The notes below the pieces were generated by a model, which saw nothing but the letters and a program-made list of their open reading frames with translations, searched no databases and was not told the DNA's origin. From assembly GCA_963723125.1 (NCBI GenBank), contig CAVRPQ010000003.1, positions 837,762-901,761 on the forward strand: a DNA stretch of 64,000 nucleotides, read 5' to 3'. Origin of the DNA: an uncultured bacterium (GTDB taxonomy: Bacteria > Verrucomicrobiota > Verrucomicrobiia > Limisphaerales > UBA11358). A program made the position numbers and the translations under genes. Shown here one piece after another: positions 1 to 10,081 of the stretch; position 1 is the stretch's first letter, and each line of letters opens with the position of its first letter.

Positions 1-437
1 GGGGACTCGAAAAGACCGATTGTCTTTGGAGTGCAACTCTCTTCACATCATCGACTTCCGGCGTCCATCAAAGGCTAACCAGAGAATTATGGACCCGATG
101 CTTGTAGCCTCGGAATGACGAGTGGGCTCATCGTACCAAGGTCCTTTTGATAAAAGTAGTATTTGTAAGTGCCAGGACTAAAACTCGTGATAGCCAACGT
201 TTGCTCGAATGGAATCCAATGCACGGAACCATCCACCGTCAAATGATTTCCACCATCTGGAAAGCGTGCGCCCGGCCGCTGGTGCGCCACAAAACCGCCA
301 GTACTCCCTCCCCAAGGGTTGTTTCCGACGCCACCTGTCGTCAGGTTGCAAATTATATCCGTGGCGAGCGCCCAATCGGGTTTGGCGCTGCCCAACCTCG
401 TTGGACTGGCTGACTGAATGTAACTGTAATATGAGTT

Positions 438-1593
438 GAGACCTCTGCAAAAGGTTGTTTGAGTTGCTGATTTGATGTCAAAGTCATTATTCAACGAAAA
501 ATGGGATTGGCGACACGCCGTGTCCGGCGATGTGAACCGCCGTTTTCATCGTTTTTGTCCGCCGCGCGGACGTTCTGGATGTATTGCTTCATGCTCTGGT
601 CAAACTCACCAGGCGTTTCAAGTTCCAACAGATGCTTTTGAACTCCAACTCCAGCCGGTTGGGATCACGCCCCACATACCGCACTCGCCTGTAGCCGGTG
701 CATCGCTTCCACCAGCCGAAGATTCTTTCAATCCCGCAACGCACGCGGCTCATCAGCCGGTTAAAGAGCAGTGTGGTTTTGTCCAACGGTTGTCCCCGAA
801 ACGCCTTGCGCAAAATGCCATTGCCAATGTTTCTGCGTTCACACCAGCGGCTGCGCTCCTGGCTCCAATAGGCTTTGTCGGCCACAACCATTTCTTCATC
901 GCCTTTGACCACGTTCTCAAATTCCTGGCTGTCATGGACGCTGGCATCGCTCAGAGTGACTTGACGAATCAACGTGTGCTCCTGGTCGGCGGCCACGTGC
1001 GCTTTGTAGCCGTAATGCGGCTGGCCTTTCTTGACGGTAAAGCCCGCGTCATCGTCGCCACCGCTTCTGTCTTCCCTGGCCGGGGCGCGCCGCGCCGCAG
1101 CCAACAGTGTCGCATCCACCAGTGTGCAGGTTTTCAGGATGAACCCTTTTTGTTCGAGTTGGCGGTTGACCAGTTGCAGCAGTTTTTCATGCAGCCCATG
1201 TTCCATCAACCGTTGGCGGAAGCGCACCAGCGTGGTTTCGTCGGGCACTCTGTCCTGCAAGCCCAAGCCCACGAACCGCCGCCAACTCATCCGGTCGGCC
1301 ACCAACTCTTCACATTGCGGATCGGACAAGCCGTAGCAGTGCTGCAGCAGGCTCATCTTGAAAAGCACCAGCGGCGGATGCGGCGGATGGCCGGTCCGGG
1401 CCGGATACATCCGGTGCAACGCCGCTTCGATGGGTTTGAAGTCCACCGCACGGTCGAGCCGTTCCAGAAAATCGTTCGCCGGCGCAGAGGGCATCAGACT
1501 GTCCAGAAGTCCATATTGGGGATCGCTTGTCGTTTGCATATCTCTCTGACTTCTATTCAACCACCACGTTCAAATGCGTTTTGCAGAGGTCTC
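438..1593 (-). mobile_element. IS5-family insertion sequence (1156 bp)
   Basis: Perfect 15-bp terminal inverted repeats GAGACCTCTGCAAAA lie at 438-452 and, reverse-complemented, at 1579-1593. They are flanked by the direct repeat GAGTT (433-437 and 1594-1598). A single transposase ORF lies inside. Confidence 0.85.
589..1560 (-). CDS. IS5-family DDE transposase, 323 aa
   Basis: InsH-like N-terminal region ([38 protein letters not shown]). DDE region with a typical C-terminal end ([21 protein letters not shown]). Confidence 0.9.
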   Translation of the reverse strand: MNRSQRDMQTTSDPQYGLLDSLMPSAPANDFLERLDRAVDFKPIEAALHRMYPARTGHPPHPPLVLFKMSLLQHCYGLSDPQCEELVADRMSWRRFVGLGLQDRVPDETTLVRFRQRLMEHGLHEKLLQLVNRQLEQKGFILKTCTLVDATLLAAARRAPAREDRSGGDDDAGFTVKKGQPHYGYKAHVAADQEHTLIRQVTLSDASVHDSQEFENVVKGDEEMVVADKAYWSQERSRWCERRNIGNGILRKAFRGQPLDKTTLLFNRLMSRVRCGIERIFGWWKRCTGYRRVRYVGRDPNRLELEFKSICWNLKRLVSLTRA

Positions 1594-2297
1594 GAGTTAT
1601 GCCACCAATAGATGCCGCCGAAATATTGATAGCCGATCTGCCATTGAGGCCCTCCATTGCCACCGGGGTTTGGATTGTAGGATGTTCCATAGCGCGCCAG
1701 ATCCGGGCAACACCACACTGAAGCGGAATTTGTTTGTGTGGGATCCAAGCTGACCGTCTTGGCCATACCTGCCGTCGGTGGGGTAAGGGCGGTTTGATTA
1801 TATGTCTGTTGCGAGCCGATAGGAGCGTTTGTACCGTTCCCGCCAAGTGCCGTAAGGAGATAATCATGGTTATCGCCGGCGTAAATCATAGCGCCAATAC
1901 CGATCTGCCGGAGATTATTTACGCAAGCAATCCGTCTTGCCCGCTCTTTTGCCTGTGACAACGCGGGCAGCAGCATCGCTGCCAGAATCGCGATGATGGC
2001 AATCACTACCAATAGTTCAATTAATGTGAAAGCCCGGTTCTTGTGAAGATGTTTTTCCATGATGTGCTATTACAATGATTCCAATCGGTAAAAAACAGCG
2101 ATTGGGGTTGGCACTACGGTGAACGGATTTGCGGTGTCTCATAGGTCAAGCCCGTCGCCGCTCGCCAAGGACTTACCTTGGTCGCGGTGTTTAGCGCGTA
2201 CACTTGCGCATGCACTTTTATGGAAAATGATAAGCGTAATATTACCGCACCACCACAGGCCATTTTTGCGAGAAACCTGATTGTCTTCACTTTTATG

Positions 2298-3953
2298 CTA
2301 AGGAATCCACACGGTTCTGAAAAATTGTTGCTGGCCGCCTGACAGAACAGTGTAAGGAGATGCTGCCGCGGCTGAGGATGCGCCGGAAACGTTAGCATAA
2401 GGACCAGCAACGTTGGTTGCGCTTTGGAGTTGTGCCGTGCCACCTGTTGTGGGATCCGCCCATGTTAATTGAACCTGATTATTCGTCCTGACCACTGTTA
2501 ATGGAGCAAGTCCCGGAACAAGTTCTACCACCTTAATGTTATCAACATCCGCGGTGTTATTGTTGTCATAGCCAAATAGCGTTGCGATATTGGGATTACC
2601 TTGTGGAGCAACCTGAACCTGTAATTGGTTAACTTGCGAAAAATACTGGTTAAACAAGGCTTGCGAACCACCGTTGTTTACGCCTAACGGCATATTATTA
2701 AAAATGTATGACTGCCAATTGGTCGAAAGCGTCATGGCCGGATTAAGATCAAAGACCACAGACGGTTGTGAGTTTGATGGAGTAAGGGTACCGGGCGGAA
2801 CAAGGAATAGCAGGTCCATCACACCGGGAACATTAGTCACACCCACACTTACTCCTCCCACTTTGGCTGACAAGTAAACCCTGTACGACGCCCCATTGCT
2901 GTAGCCCAGTGCAAAAGGAAGCGGACTTTCCGTCGCACCCAATCCAAAGCCTGAATAGACGGTGGGGGGATTACTGCTCCAAGATGAAAGGTTTACCGTA
3001 TTTTCGAGCGAGGCGCTGCCACCAACTCCACCGTTCAGATTGGTTAACAACGTTCCAGTGGCAGAATTATTGCCGTCGCGATAACTAAAACCATAGCCGC
3101 CACCATTGGGGAATGTAGTATCGAAGTTGGCCTGCCAGATGAGTTTCTCCACGGTCGGGGTGGGAACAGTATTTCCAGTCTGGACCAATTGAATATTGTC
3201 AACGTTCAACACTCCATTGGCGGTGAAACCAAAAGGCGGTGAGATCAGATTGGTGCCGGTACCGCCAATAACCCCGATGGGGAGCCCATTCACCGCGAAT
3301 TCGATGGTAAAGCTATCAATCGAGCCAACGACCGCAGCATTCGTAAAACCGCTGACAGCATAGGCGGGAGCGGGGTCACCGGGCCCATTGCCATAACTCA
3401 ATGAGGATAATGGCACGGCAATATGAACATAGTTTGAGCCGATATAGCCGGCGTCCCCGTTAAAGTCAAAGAGGACGACTCCGTTGCTCATGCATTGGAC
3501 TTTGGTAATGCTGACGTCGGCATTAGTTAACTGAGGCAATAACCCTAAAACCTGAAGATCAGCGCTCAGAATAAATGAGCTAATTTGTGATGTCGGTATG
3601 AGCGGGCTCATGGGACTTCCAAATTGTGTGCCAGCTCCCAAGACTGCATAAACGTAAGTGTCAGCTGCATTCGTCCAATTTGGGTCAAACGGCAAAAGCG
3701 TATAATCTGCCGTTGACGTAAGATTGGTTGTACCCCCCACTCCAGTCCCACCTTCAAGAGCGAAACTGTTGCCCGCAGCCGATGCACCCAGAGACGAGCC
3801 GGCCGCAACATACCCATAGAAAGTGCTAAAATTTCCCTCATTGGCATCGCCGTCGAAGTCGGTTTGAAGAATAATATTGGTTGTTTGGGCCGTCGCAACA
3901 GATACTGCCCCTGCGATGCCAAGGATCGCTAACAATTGCTTTATGGATTTCAT
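2298..3953 (-). CDS. Secreted repeat protein of unknown function, 551 aa, with a C-terminal beta-sandwich-like module ending QQFFRTVWIP
   Basis: Signal peptide MKSIKQLLAILGIAGAVSVATAQ. Long Gly/Asn/Thr-rich ORF with no stops. The tail resembles that of the LRR protein at 13313-14749. Confidence 0.6.
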   Translation of the reverse strand: MKSIKQLLAILGIAGAVSVATAQTTNIILQTDFDGDANEGNFSTFYGYVAAGSSLGASAAGNSFALEGGTGVGGTTNLTSTADYTLLPFDPNWTNAADTYVYAVLGAGTQFGSPMSPLIPTSQISSFILSADLQVLGLLPQLTNADVSITKVQCMSNGVVLFDFNGDAGYIGSNYVHIAVPLSSLSYGNGPGDPAPAYAVSGFTNAAVVGSIDSFTIEFAVNGLPIGVIGGTGTNLISPPFGFTANGVLNVDNIQLVQTGNTVPTPTVEKLIWQANFDTTFPNGGGYGFSYRDGNNSATGTLLTNLNGGVGGSASLENTVNLSSWSSNPPTVYSGFGLGATESPLPFALGYSNGASYRVYLSAKVGGVSVGVTNVPGVMDLLFLVPPGTLTPSNSQPSVVFDLNPAMTLSTNWQSYIFNNMPLGVNNGGSQALFNQYFSQVNQLQVQVAPQGNPNIATLFGYDNNNTADVDNIKVVELVPGLAPLTVVRTNNQVQLTWADPTTGGTAQLQSATNVAGPYANVSGASSAAAASPYTVLSGGQQQFFRTVWIP

Positions 3954-4070
3954 AGGTAAAATATTAAAAGTGTGCTGATTTTTGCTGTGTAAGTACTATG
4001 CACACATTCTGCTTTCCAGTCACCAAGGCATTAGCTTTGGCCTCAAGCACAACTTTAGTATAGCTTTTGT

Positions 4071-5423
4071 CTAGCAGTTTGCTGAAAAACCCGCCGAAAG
4101 TTTGAATAAAGGCGAGGTGGAGAGGTCAGAGAAGGATGCGTGGAAAACCTCAAGCCCAACCGGAATTTCTGACGACGATCAACCTGAACCAGCGGGTGCC
4201 GGCCGACCATCCCTTGCGCGGGATCAAGAGAGGTGTGGACCAGGTATTGACCAAGCTTTCGCCGCTGTTCGATGAGCTCTACGCCGGCGAGGGACGGCCG
4301 TCGATTCCGCCGGAGCAACTGTTCAAGAGCCGGATTTTGATGGCACTCTATTCGGTGCGCAGCGAGCGGCTGTTCTGCGAGCAACTGGCCTACAATCTCC
4401 TGTGGCTTTGGTTTCTGGACCGGGAACTGGACGAGGGAAGCTTCGACCCGACGGTGTTCACCCATAATTATGACCGGGTGTTGTCGGCGGACGCGGCGAA
4501 GCTGTTTTTCGCGGAGATCTATGATCTGTCGCGGGCCGAAGGCTGGACCAGCGACCAGCATTTTACGGCCGACGGCACGCTGATCGAAGCGTGGGCCAGC
4601 CTCAAGAGTTTTGTGCGCAAGGATGGGAAAGATCAGGCCAAAGTGGCGTCGGCCAAAGACGACGACCCCGGCAATCCGACGATCAATTTCCACGGGGAAC
4701 CGCGGCGCAACGCCACGCACCGCAGCACGACTGATCCGGAGAGTGTGCTGTATCGGAAAGCCAACGGTCAGGCCAGCAAGTTGTGTTTTGGGACGCAAGT
4801 GTTGATGGAGAACCGACATGGGCTGTGCGCGGCCATCACGGTGCATAATCCCATTGCCCAAGACGAGCCAACGGTGGCAATGGCGCAGGTGGACGAACAT
4901 CGCCAACTGCACACCGCCAGAATCACCACGCTTGGGGCGGACAAAGCGTATCACCAAAAGAAATTTGTGGCCGGGTGCCGCCAGCGGGAAATCTCGCCGC
5001 ACACGGCGTGCAAGGCGGGGTTTGCGATCCCGGGATTGGACGGACGCACGACAGGGGGTATCGGCTATCGGACCAGTCAACGCCTACGCAAACGGGTCGA
5101 GGAAATCTTTGGCTGGATCAAAACGGTGGGCGGATTGCGGCGCACCCGCTATCGCGGAGTGGAGCGGACGCAGGCGTGGGCCTACTTCGTGGCCGGAACC
5201 TATAATTTGCTGCGGATAACCAATCTGGGATTGAGTTTGCAGGCCGGATGAAAGACGAGGCAGATCAACAGGCTGCGCCCATCGGACAAAAAGCTCGGTC
5301 GAAGCAGCCGAGCGGGAAAGCGGCGGGGTAAAAATCCGTGCTCCGCAGTGAGCCATAATCGATTTAACCATGACCCAAAAACAGTTCAGGCAAAAATTAC
5401 CCCGTTTTGCAGCGTCCTGCTAG
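4071..5423 (+). mobile_element. IS5/IS1182-like insertion sequence (about 1.35 kb), intergenic
   Basis: Imperfect terminal inverted repeats: CTAGCAGTTTGCTGAAAAAC at 4071 versus the reverse complement of 5404-5423, CTAGCAGGACGCTGCAAAAC. CTAG at both ends could be the 4-bp target duplication typical of IS5-type elements. Confidence 0.65.
4136..5251 (+). CDS. IS5/IS1182-type DDE transposase, 371 aa
   Basis: DUF772/InsH-like N-terminus (RPSIPPEQLFKSRILMALYSVRSERLFCEQLAYNLLWLWFL). C-terminal end EEIFGWIKTVGGLRRTRYRGVERT. Confidence 0.85.
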   Translation: MRGKPQAQPEFLTTINLNQRVPADHPLRGIKRGVDQVLTKLSPLFDELYAGEGRPSIPPEQLFKSRILMALYSVRSERLFCEQLAYNLLWLWFLDRELDEGSFDPTVFTHNYDRVLSADAAKLFFAEIYDLSRAEGWTSDQHFTADGTLIEAWASLKSFVRKDGKDQAKVASAKDDDPGNPTINFHGEPRRNATHRSTTDPESVLYRKANGQASKLCFGTQVLMENRHGLCAAITVHNPIAQDEPTVAMAQVDEHRQLHTARITTLGADKAYHQKKFVAGCRQREISPHTACKAGFAIPGLDGRTTGGIGYRTSQRLRKRVEEIFGWIKTVGGLRRTRYRGVERTQAWAYFVAGTYNLLRITNLGLSLQAG

Positions 5424-5490
5424 CCTTGGAATGTGTTATTACTCAAATTATTTATGGCTTGATGTGCGCTTTCGCCCAAATCAGATTTGA

Positions 5491-7728
5491 GTGGGAGACA
5501 TAGCCCTTGAAATGTCCAAAATTTCTTTCAAACCGTTTTCCTGGCCGGCAAGGGTTGGCGGCTGGCGAATATTTGGCATTTTGCTGTTATTTTGGACTTT
5601 TTCCCCTGTTGAGCCTCTTTCTGCCCAGCCGAAAAATGCTTTTATCTGCATTACAAATGCTCAACAGGTTCGTGAACTGGATCCGAAGACCGCCGCAAAA
5701 AATGTTCCCGTTCGGATGGTTGGGGTCGTGACATACTACGACGCGCCGCTGTTTAATTTGTTTTTTCAGGACGCCACTGCCGGCATATTTGTCCTCGTTG
5801 CACCTGACATGCACACAAACATCGCTGCTGGTCAGGAGATTGAACTGCAAGGCGTCAGCGACAAAGGAGATTATGCCCCTATCGTCAGAGCGTTAGCTAT
5901 TCATGTTTTGGGCAAAGCAAAATTGCCTCTTCCACGCCGGGTTTCCACTGATCAATTGTCCACCGGTTTGGAAGACAGTCAATGGATAGAAGTGAGCGGG
6001 GTTGTTCGTTCAGCCACTATTCTGGACGGGAGACGCTATTTAAACCTCGACATGAATGGACAGCAAATAATGACCTACGTCCAAAATCTCAGCCAATCTG
6101 ACGCTGTGAAGTTAATAAACGCCACTGTTCGTCTGCGAGGCGTGTGCTATTCCAGATACAATATGAAGCGTCAATTGCGGGTTCCTTGGCTGGCTGTTTC
6201 GAGCCGGGCAAACATTGTCATTGAAAAGTCGCCGCCCGGTCAACTGCAAGAGATATCCATTGCCAGTTTGGCCCAGTTCAATTCCGTTGGCTATTACGGG
6301 AACCTTGTGAAACTCAGTGGCGTGGTCACGTTGCAAGAATCCGACGGTGCACTTTTCATTCAAAACCAAGGATATGGACTTTACGTGCAGTTGGCTCAAC
6401 CCGCAAAAGTCGTCCCAGGCGACCGTGTAATGGTTTCGGGCTATTCAGCGCTCGGGCAGTACGTTCCAATCCTGGAGGATGCCACGGTTCAATTCCTGAG
6501 TCATGGTGAACCGCCTTTGCCAATTACTACCGACTTGGACGCCTTGCTAAAGGCGCCCGAAAACTCAGATGGCTTGCTCGTTTGTGTGAAAGCCAGCCTG
6601 ATGAATCTGGTTGAAAGCGCGGGACGACAAACTTTGGTTTTAGAGTCATCGAATTCTGTTTTTACCGCTACCTTGGAAAACACTGAAGCTGAAGAACGCT
6701 TCGAGTCTCTCAAGATTGGCAGCCAGGTGGCGTTGACTGGGGTGTTTGTTGCCAAATCACCGGAAAAATGGGTTCCAGGTGTCGCTCAGTCACAGGAACC
6801 ATCAGCGACCAAGATTCCCACCCCCCCACCCGAGTCCATTCAGGTTCTTTTGCGGTCCTTTGCCAATATCGCCGTAATCCATCAACCATCGTGGTGGACC
6901 TTGTCCCGTCTGATCTGGATGCTCTGCTTCATGGGTCTTATTCTGCTGGCCGGTTTGGCGTGGGTGGTGATGCTTGATCGTCGCGTCCGCAAGCAGACCC
7001 GGATTATTCAACAAAAGGTCTGGCGCGAGGGCGTGCTTGAGGAACGTGACCGCATCGCGCGGGAATTTCACGACACACTGGAACAAGAACTCGCTGCCAT
7101 CAATATTCAGTTGGGCGCCGTCGAAGCGCAATTCCGCCAATCGCCGCAAGTCGCATTTCAGCAACTCGAGCTTGCTCGCAATATGGCGCGCCACAGCCTT
7201 TCGGAAGCCCGCCGGTCCGTTTGGGATTTGCGCTCTCATCTGCTGGAAAACCGCAGTCTGGCCGCTGCCCTTGAGGAAATGGCCGCGCCGCTTTCTGCCA
7301 ACACTGGCATCAATATTCACGTCCATACTTCCGGAACCGCCAGAAAACTTCCTGCGCTTATGGAACATAACCTTCTTCGTATTGCTCAGGAAGCACTGGT
7401 GAACGCCTTCAAACATTCCCGGGCAAAAACAATCGTTGTCGGTTTGAATTACAACGTCCAACAGGTCGAGCTTCGGATTCACGATGATGGTGTGGGCTTT
7501 GACATCCCAACTGCCAGATCGGCGAGTAACGGGCATTTTGGTTTGCTCGACATGAAGGAGCGCGCCGAGAAGATTGGGGCGCGCTTTTCCACCAGCACCC
7601 AACCCGGCAACGGTACGGAAATACGCGTCATCGTTGCCGATGTGATTTTGACCGCGGTGGCGGACCACTCGTTACCCAACCACGGGAATCTAATGGCACC
7701 CGCAAAGGGAAAAGCGGTTCAAAGTTAA
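5491..7728 (+). CDS. Sensor histidine kinase (HisKA_3 / NarL-partner class) with a large N-terminal extracytoplasmic domain
   Basis: Signal/TM segment, about 430 aa of periplasmic region, then a TM segment (WWTLSRLIWMLCFMGLILLAGLAWVVML). H-box ERDRIAREFHDTLEQELAAI. ATPase motifs IHDDGVGF and HFGLLDMKERAEKIGA. The start could instead be the ATG at 5512. Confidence 0.85.
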   Translation: MGDIALEMSKISFKPFSWPARVGGWRIFGILLLFWTFSPVEPLSAQPKNAFICITNAQQVRELDPKTAAKNVPVRMVGVVTYYDAPLFNLFFQDATAGIFVLVAPDMHTNIAAGQEIELQGVSDKGDYAPIVRALAIHVLGKAKLPLPRRVSTDQLSTGLEDSQWIEVSGVVRSATILDGRRYLNLDMNGQQIMTYVQNLSQSDAVKLINATVRLRGVCYSRYNMKRQLRVPWLAVSSRANIVIEKSPPGQLQEISIASLAQFNSVGYYGNLVKLSGVVTLQESDGALFIQNQGYGLYVQLAQPAKVVPGDRVMVSGYSALGQYVPILEDATVQFLSHGEPPLPITTDLDALLKAPENSDGLLVCVKASLMNLVESAGRQTLVLESSNSVFTATLENTEAEERFESLKIGSQVALTGVFVAKSPEKWVPGVAQSQEPSATKIPTPPPESIQVLLRSFANIAVIHQPSWWTLSRLIWMLCFMGLILLAGLAWVVMLDRRVRKQTRIIQQKVWREGVLEERDRIAREFHDTLEQELAAINIQLGAVEAQFRQSPQVAFQQLELARNMARHSLSEARRSVWDLRSHLLENRSLAAALEEMAAPLSANTGINIHVHTSGTARKLPALMEHNLLRIAQEALVNAFKHSRAKTIVVGLNYNVQQVELRIHDDGVGFDIPTARSASNGHFGLLDMKERAEKIGARFSTSTQPGNGTEIRVIVADVILTAVADHSLPNHGNLMAPAKGKAVQS

Positions 7729-7739
7729 ATTTTCAGGGG

Positions 7740-8366
7740 ATGAATAAAAAAATTCGCATCCTGATCGTGGATGATCATTTTGTCGTTCGCATGGGTCTCG
7801 TCGGCTCGCTCAATATCGAACCGGATATGACTGTGGAGGCAGAGGCGTCCACCGGCCAGCAGGCCATTGCCTGTTTCCGCCAGCATCACCCGGACATCGT
7901 GCTAATGGATTTGAAGCTGCCCGACATGAGCGGCGTGGAAACCACGATCGCCATTTGCCGGGAATTTCCTGACGCTTCCATTATTATGCTTTCCACACAC
8001 GATGGCGAAGAAGATATCTATCGGTCCCTCCAGGCTGGTGCGCGCTCGTACCTGCTCAAAACGGCTGCACGAGAGGAATTACTCCACACCATCCGTGCCG
8101 TTCACGCCGGGGAGCGTTGCATTTCACCGGCAATCGGCGCACGTCTTGCTGAACGCATGACCCATACCGAACTCACATCGCGAGAACTCGACGTCCTCAA
8201 GCTCATTGCGACCGGGAAGAGTAATAAAGAAATTGGCAACACTCTCCAAATCGCGGAAGTCACGGTCAAACTTCACGTTGGTCACATTCTCACCAAACTA
8301 AAAGCCAGCGACCGAACCCAAGCCGCCACCATTGCCTTGCGGCGTGGCATACTTCATCTGGATTAA
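7740..8366 (+). CDS. NarL/LuxR-family response regulator
   Basis: REC domain (ILIVDDH...DIVLMDLKLPDMSG) plus LuxR-type HTH (LTSRELDVLKLIATGKSNKEIGNTLQIAEVTVKLHV). It lies 11 nt downstream of the kinase gene. Confidence 0.9.
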   Translation: MNKKIRILIVDDHFVVRMGLVGSLNIEPDMTVEAEASTGQQAIACFRQHHPDIVLMDLKLPDMSGVETTIAICREFPDASIIMLSTHDGEEDIYRSLQAGARSYLLKTAAREELLHTIRAVHAGERCISPAIGARLAERMTHTELTSRELDVLKLIATGKSNKEIGNTLQIAEVTVKLHVGHILTKLKASDRTQAATIALRRGILHLD

Positions 8367-8516
8367 GCAGCATCTCCCGCCAACGGAACTATACTTTAGG
8401 AGTAGAACAGCATCCACCATTTTATCCAGTGACAGTCACCGAAGTTATATTACAATTCTCAAAACACAATTTGTTGATTTTGCCTGGAGCAGCCCAATTG
8501 CGATGTTTATTGTCAC

Positions 8517-9593
8517 ATGAAAACATCATTCCTGAAACAGACTTCTCTGTCACAAATCTTAATGCCATGTTTGCTCTCTCTGTTTTTGCCGGCCAGCCTT
8601 GGGTTTGCGGCCGACTCGGTGTCCACTGGAACTGAAGACGTTTTTGCCCAATGTCGAGAATTGGGCCGGGGGATAAATGTGCTTGGGTACGATCCAATTT
8701 GGAAGTCATTCGACCGGGCGCGCTTCAAGAAGGAATATTTCGGAGTCATCCGGGCGGGTGGATTTGACACTCTGCGCGTCAACCTATTTCCCTTCAGCCA
8801 CATGGGCGCGGGGCCGGATTACCGGTTGAGCGACTCATGGTGGAACACCATGGACTGGGTGGCCACCAATGCTCAAGCAGCCCATCTCAATGTGATTGTT
8901 GATCTGCATGAATTCGAAGCGACAGCAAATGACCCAAAAGCCAACAAAGACCGTTTCCTGGCGTTCTGGCGCCAAGTTGCGCCTCATTTTCACAATGCGC
9001 CTCCCAGCGTATATTTCGAGATTCTAAACGAACCCAATGGTGAAATGACACCAGACGTTTGGAACCAGTATCTCGCAGAGGCATTGGCTGTCATCCGCGA
9101 GAGCAATCCAACGCGCGCCGTCATCATTGGGCCAGCCTTCTGGAACTCGATTGACCTTACCCATTTGGACGAACTAAAGCTTCCTGATCATGATCGGCAT
9201 ATCATTGTTACGGTGCATTATTACACGCCAATGAGCTTTACGCATCAAGGTGCTCCCTGGGTCAAGCCGCAATATAAAGTGGGTGTGACATGGGACGGCA
9301 CTCCAGAGGAATGCGGCAAAATAGAATCAGATTTTCAGATGGCCCAGAATTGGGCCAAACAACAAGGCCGCCCTGTTTTCTTGGGCGAATTCGGTGCTTA
9401 CGATAGGGGTGATATGGCATCGCGGGCGCGCTATACCGCGTGCGTTGCCCGGATGGCGGAACATTTCGGGTGGAGTTGGGCCTATTGGCAGTTCGATGGG
9501 GACTTTATCGTCTATAATATTGCAAACGACCGGTGGGTTAAACCGATTTATAACGCGCTCATCCCACTGCCTCACAGCGTCGTCATGAAATAG
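8517..9593 (+). CDS. Glycoside hydrolase family 5 (cellulase-like), secreted
   Basis: Signal peptide. Catalytic acid/base context FEILNEPNG and nucleophile context VFLGEFGAY, both typical of GH5. Confidence 0.85.
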   Translation: MKTSFLKQTSLSQILMPCLLSLFLPASLGFAADSVSTGTEDVFAQCRELGRGINVLGYDPIWKSFDRARFKKEYFGVIRAGGFDTLRVNLFPFSHMGAGPDYRLSDSWWNTMDWVATNAQAAHLNVIVDLHEFEATANDPKANKDRFLAFWRQVAPHFHNAPPSVYFEILNEPNGEMTPDVWNQYLAEALAVIRESNPTRAVIIGPAFWNSIDLTHLDELKLPDHDRHIIVTVHYYTPMSFTHQGAPWVKPQYKVGVTWDGTPEECGKIESDFQMAQNWAKQQGRPVFLGEFGAYDRGDMASRARYTACVARMAEHFGWSWAYWQFDGDFIVYNIANDRWVKPIYNALIPLPHSVVMK

Positions 9594-9833
9594 TGAGAAT
9601 TCCGTTTGTCTGGTGAGCCTTCATCCACGATGTTTCATTGTAAGACCGCACTGGAGTCAACGGCCACTGTGCCTTGAGATTTGGAGTGTGCGATGAGATT
9701 TGAGAGTCCAAACTGCCTTCGCAGATCCATCCGCCCGTGGTCGCGCTCAGCTTTGGGTCATCCCTAAAATGAAAAACTGTCAAGCGCATTGTGACGGGAT
9801 AGTGGAAAATAGTGGCTGCCTTCTGACAAATTG

Positions 9834-9859
9834 TGGCGGAAGGGGTGGGATTCGAAGCC
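9834..9859 (-). repeat. tRNA-Ser/Sec 3'-end fragment, copy 1 (att-core-like)
   Basis: The minus strand reads GGCTTCGAATCCCACCCCTTCCGCCA: T-loop, T-stem 3' strand, acceptor 3' strand, G73 and CCA. No matching T-stem 5' strand lies upstream, so this is not a complete tRNA. Confidence 0.7.
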
Positions 9860-10081
9860 AAGGAAACGCACTTCATTTTCGTGCGTGAACATGCATCATT
9901 ACCGCGTAAATAAAGGCGATAATGCGCGTTAAAATTTTCTGTCGCGGAGACGTTATCGCGCAAAATAACGCTCTTAAACGCACCTTCTTTGTCCACAATT
10001 GTCCCCAAAATTTTCCCGCTTTGTCTGACCGGCGACCGGGGCGGGGGGTAGTTCAAGGCTGCCGCAGTGGGTTGAACCGAT
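9860..10081 (-). repeat. Conserved arm adjoining tRNA-fragment copy 1 (continues at 11561 to about 11610 beyond the IS)
   Basis: Homologous by eye to 14848 to about 15115. Contains the tandem boxes TTGTCCAC-AATTGTCCCC at 9989-10006. Confidence 0.6.

Larger units (their letters stand above)
87..2060 (-). pseudogene. DUF1559 / prepilin-type N-terminal cleavage-methylation protein, interrupted by an IS element (halves 1594-2060 and 87-437)
   Basis: The N-terminal half begins [34 protein letters not shown], a pilin-like class III leader typical of DUF1559 proteins. The C-terminal half carries HQRPGARFPDGGNHLTVDGSVHW, an H-X9-DG-like end. The two reading frames join exactly when 433-1593 is removed. 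Confidence 0.8.

Noticed and set aside
472-1611. Long ORFs antisense to transposase genes: 472-1611 (+), 4055-5080 (-), 15692-16669 (+), 16693-17319 (+) and 10541-11119 (-).
   Set aside because: Each overlaps a transposase or IstB gene with clear family motifs on the other strand. Their own translations are low-complexity.
9834-10081. tmRNA (ssrA) hypothesis for the tRNA-like end plus its ~300-nt conserved upstream arm. The same applies at 14822 to about 15200.
   Set aside because: The discriminator is G73, not A73. The T-stem 5' strand is absent. No GGGG/GGAAGGG 5' acceptor strand with a ..TTCGAC.. segment lies at the expected distance. No plausible tag ORF ending in a hydrophobic ..AA stop was found. 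The sequence also occurs three times in 5 kb.
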